A stretch of DNA of 37,129 nt from a virus (Duplodnaviria > Caudoviricetes): the IMG/VR virus record IMGVR_UViG_3300037420_001045, positions 1 through 37,129 of that record. One strand, written 5' to 3'. Numbering within the stretch: position 1 is the stretch's first letter; the number at the start of each line of letters is the position of its first letter. The notes below the pieces were generated by a model. The model saw only the letters and a program-made list of their open reading frames with translations, did no database searches and was not told the DNA's origin. The position numbers and the translations under genes were made by a program. Below are positions 34,700 to 37,129 of the stretch, piece after piece.

Positions 34700-36048
34700 G
34701 CCTTGAAGACCACGACGCAGAGCAGGCGCTGGTGCACCTCGTCATCTGGGAGCGGAGCATGTCCGCGCGGGACATCGGACTGCCTCCCGAGGCACTCACC
34801 CACCCTGTGTGGCGGGAGGTGTGGCGGTCCGCGCTGGCGCTGGAGGCCTCGGGCAAGCCGGCCAACGCGTCCACCGTGGCCGACCACCTCAGCGCCCGTG
34901 GCGCACTCCAGGGCATTGGTGGCCCGCAGGCGCTTCTGACTGGCGATCTGCTTGTGTTTGACGGGCCTGAGCGAATCGAACGGGTGCGAATGCTCGCGCG
35001 GCGGCGGACGAACCGCGACATTGGCCACAGGCTGGCGGCAATGGCCCATGACGAAAACCTCAGTCCCGACAAGGCCGCACTGGACGTCTCGAGCGAACTG
35101 GCACGCCTTGTTGCCACGGGCAACCGGGCCACCACGACCTTCCGTGATGCGGTGAACGACCTCCTCGACAAGTTGCACCAGATTCGCTCAGGCGAATACC
35201 AGGAGTACCTGCCCACGGGGATCGAGGCGTGGGACGAGGTGCTCCAAGGGCTCCAGCGGGCGAAGTTGGGGCTCTTGGGTGCCTATCCGTCCGTAGGCAA
35301 GGGCGCCGTCATGCTACGCGCCATCCTCAATGCAGCCGCCATGGGGCGAAAGCCCGGCATATTCTCTCTTGAGGACCTCAAGATCTGGATGGCGAAGCGC
35401 TACGTGGCAAACTATTCGGGCGTCCCCGTGCGGCGCCTCATGCAGGCGGACAGGTTGCCCGAAATCTACGAGGAGAACGTGGAGCGCTCGTTGGGCGCCT
35501 GTCACGAGTGGGCAGACCGCGTCCTCATCGAGGATTCCAGTGCGCTGACGGACGACCAGATTGCGTGTCAGGCGCGGCAGTGGGTGGTGAAAGAGGGTTG
35601 CACGGAGATCTGGATCGACAACGCCTCCGAGGTGGACACCACCAACGCCCCTGGGGAGCGAACGGACTTGAAGGTGGGCCGCATGGTCCGCCTGTTCCGC
35701 GACGTGGCCAAGGATCTCAACGTGCCCGTGTGGTTGCTCGTGCACTTCAAGCAACCACAGAACAGCACTAGCGAAGAGCCACGCTTTCTCGTGCCCACCT
35801 CGAGCATGTGGAAGAATTCAGGAGCCTTCGCTGAGGCGAGCCGCAACGCCGTGGCTCTCTTCCTCGACAAGGAGGAACCAGAGGCGTGGGTCATGGGCAA
35901 AGTGACGAAGCAGACCGAGGGTGGGAAGGACTCCATCTTCTCCATGAAGTTCAATGCCTCGGCTGGCATCGTGGAGAACAACGGCGGCAGGAAGCGCCGC
36001 TCAGACACCGGGTACACGCCCGGGGCGTACAGGGAGGAAGAGGGATGA
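34696..36048 (+). CDS. DnaB-like replicative helicase (divergent motifs)
   Basis: PTG...D....G, GAYPSVGK, FSLE, IWID, AKDLNVPV, SG motifs. Confidence 0.85.
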   Translation: MSLEDHDAEQALVHLVIWERSMSARDIGLPPEALTHPVWREVWRSALALEASGKPANASTVADHLSARGALQGIGGPQALLTGDLLVFDGPERIERVRMLARRRTNRDIGHRLAAMAHDENLSPDKAALDVSSELARLVATGNRATTTFRDAVNDLLDKLHQIRSGEYQEYLPTGIEAWDEVLQGLQRAKLGLLGAYPSVGKGAVMLRAILNAAAMGRKPGIFSLEDLKIWMAKRYVANYSGVPVRRLMQADRLPEIYEENVERSLGACHEWADRVLIEDSSALTDDQIACQARQWVVKEGCTEIWIDNASEVDTTNAPGERTDLKVGRMVRLFRDVAKDLNVPVWLLVHFKQPQNSTSEEPRFLVPTSSMWKNSGAFAEASRNAVALFLDKEEPEAWVMGKVTKQTEGGKDSIFSMKFNASAGIVENNGGRKRRSDTGYTPGAYREEEG

Positions 36049-36221
36049 GCACTGACATGGAGGACCTGCTGTCCTGCGACGTGTGCGGCCAGGAGAACGT
36101 GGACGGATACGCTATCTACGAGTGCGACGATTGTTGCACCGACGTGTGCAGCGAACACTCCGAGAACGTTGGCGACAAGTTGCTGTGCCTCAGGTGTTCT
36201 GGCACCGTGGAGGAATCATGA
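36045..36221 (+). CDS. Small Zn-binding protein
   Basis: CDVC..CDDC..CSEH..CLRC; ATGA coupling. Confidence 0.65.
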   Translation: MSTDMEDLLSCDVCGQENVDGYAIYECDDCCTDVCSEHSENVGDKLLCLRCSGTVEES

Positions 36222-36349
36222 CCTGCCGCTGCTGCCATCGCCCAGCGCACTGGAACAACCTGTGTCTTGGGCATGCGCTCCTCTACTGCTTCGGGCCATG
36301 GCGGAGCGTGGAGGAGTTCATCCTCACGAAGAATGCGGGGCGGGGATGA
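36218..36349 (+). CDS. Tiny Cys/His protein
   Basis: GGAGG RBS; CRCC..CLGH; coupled on both sides. Confidence 0.55.
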   Translation: MTCRCCHRPAHWNNLCLGHALLYCFGPWRSVEEFILTKNAGRG

Positions 36350-36909
36350 GTCTCGTTGCATTCAAGGCCAAGGCACATCCGCAGCAAGTGGCGAACGGCA
36401 CTGCTGATGCTGAGCGTGACGAGCGCTACACCCCGCTTTCGCTTTTCCGCCCACTGCACGCACGCTGGCGCTTCACTGTGGATGCCGCTGGGTGCGATGT
36501 AGCGCCGGCCTCGCGCCTCATAGGCCGCCACTGGAACAAGGCAGACAACGGGCTTGAACAGAAGTGGGATGGAGAGCGGGTGTGGTGCAACCCGCCATAT
36601 TCGAACGTGCCGCTGTGGGTGGAAAAGGCGTGGTCATCACTGGCGGTTGTGGTGATGCTTCTTCCGGCCAACCGCACCGAGCAGCCGTGGTGGTCGGAAA
36701 TGGTCGAGCCGCACAGAGACAGGCCGCGCAGCATTCTCCGCACGCAGTTTCTGCCGAGGCGCATCCAGTTCGGCACGCCCGGGTCACCAGAGGGCAAGCA
36801 GTGGAAGTCATCACCGCCGTTTGGGTGCGTCCTGCTCATCTGGAACGATGCATGGCGCAACCCGCAGAAGGCATTTAATATCGCAGGACTGAGGAGGGAA
36901 ACGACGTGA
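36346..36909 (+). CDS. Phage DNA N6-adenine methyltransferase (phage Dam family)
   Basis: YTP, FTVDAA, NGL...W..ERVWCNPPYS, VMLLPANRT..WW, RIQF. Confidence 0.92.
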   Translation: MSLVAFKAKAHPQQVANGTADAERDERYTPLSLFRPLHARWRFTVDAAGCDVAPASRLIGRHWNKADNGLEQKWDGERVWCNPPYSNVPLWVEKAWSSLAVVVMLLPANRTEQPWWSEMVEPHRDRPRSILRTQFLPRRIQFGTPGSPEGKQWKSSPPFGCVLLIWNDAWRNPQKAFNIAGLRRETT

Positions 36910-37129
36910 TCGAATTCACCATCCAGGGGGTTGCCCCGAGCACCCCCAATCTTCGTGAGCACTGGGCGGCCACGGCCAAGCGAGTGAAAGCGCAGCGTGC
37001 CACCGTCGCGCGGAAGATGCCGGCATGGTCAGAGGGGCCGCTGCTCATCGTCCGCCTGACTCGCGTCGGTCCTCGCCTACTCGATACGGACAACCTCGCC
37101 GCTGCGCTCAAGGGCCACCGTGACGCAGT
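36906..37129 (+). CDS. rusA: RusA-like Holliday junction resolvase, 5' part (continues across the junction to 506)
   Basis: GTG at 36906 overlaps the Dam stop (GTGA). It reads MIEFTIQGVAPSTPNLREHWAA...RKMPAW, in frame with ORF 9..506. Confidence 0.75.
   Translation, partial: MIEFTIQGVAPSTPNLREHWAATAKRVKAQRATVARKMPAWSEGPLLIVRLTRVGPRLLDTDNLAAALKGHRDA
37009..37129. repeat. Terminal direct repeat, copy 2
   Basis: Identical to 1-121. Confidence 0.97.

Noticed and set aside
1-37129. CRISPR array, DGR/retron, intron/intein, IS element or stop-codon recoding
   Set aside because: No spaced repeat array, reverse transcriptase or transposase seen; core genes are intact and of normal length in the standard code.

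Overview
The window looks like a complete circular dsDNA phage genome of about 37,008 bp: bases 1-121 recur exactly at 37009-37129, and a RusA-like gene reads across the join. It is GC-rich, and its structural module is podovirus-like (P22-type gene order, no tape measure). Two arms diverge from a compact switch near 31,700. The + arm (31.7 kb to the end, wrapping to ~1.7 kb) carries an HTH regulator, replication proteins, a DnaB-like helicase, a Dam-type methylase and RusA. The - arm carries YqaJ/RecT recombination, a C5-methylase-like gene, a tRNA-Gln-like element, a SLOG protein, an Acb2/Tad1-like sponge, then terminases, portal, scaffold, capsid, tail/ejection proteins and tail fibre. Several proteins resemble myxobacterial sequences from memory, so the host is probably in Myxococcales (inference, no search run). 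I could not recognise an integrase or an endolysin. The most unusual parts are: (1) a 2.1-7.5 kb block of exported, Cys-rich proteins, including three lipoproteins and a stand-alone copy of a domain I recall from the C-terminus of myxobacterial Ser/Thr kinases; (2) a ~350-nt highly structured non-coding stretch between the sponge gene and terS; (3) a tRNA-Gln with a broken T-loop; (4) a shared ATACG-N8-CGTAT operator at two distant promoter regions. All family assignments come from motif recognition by eye.
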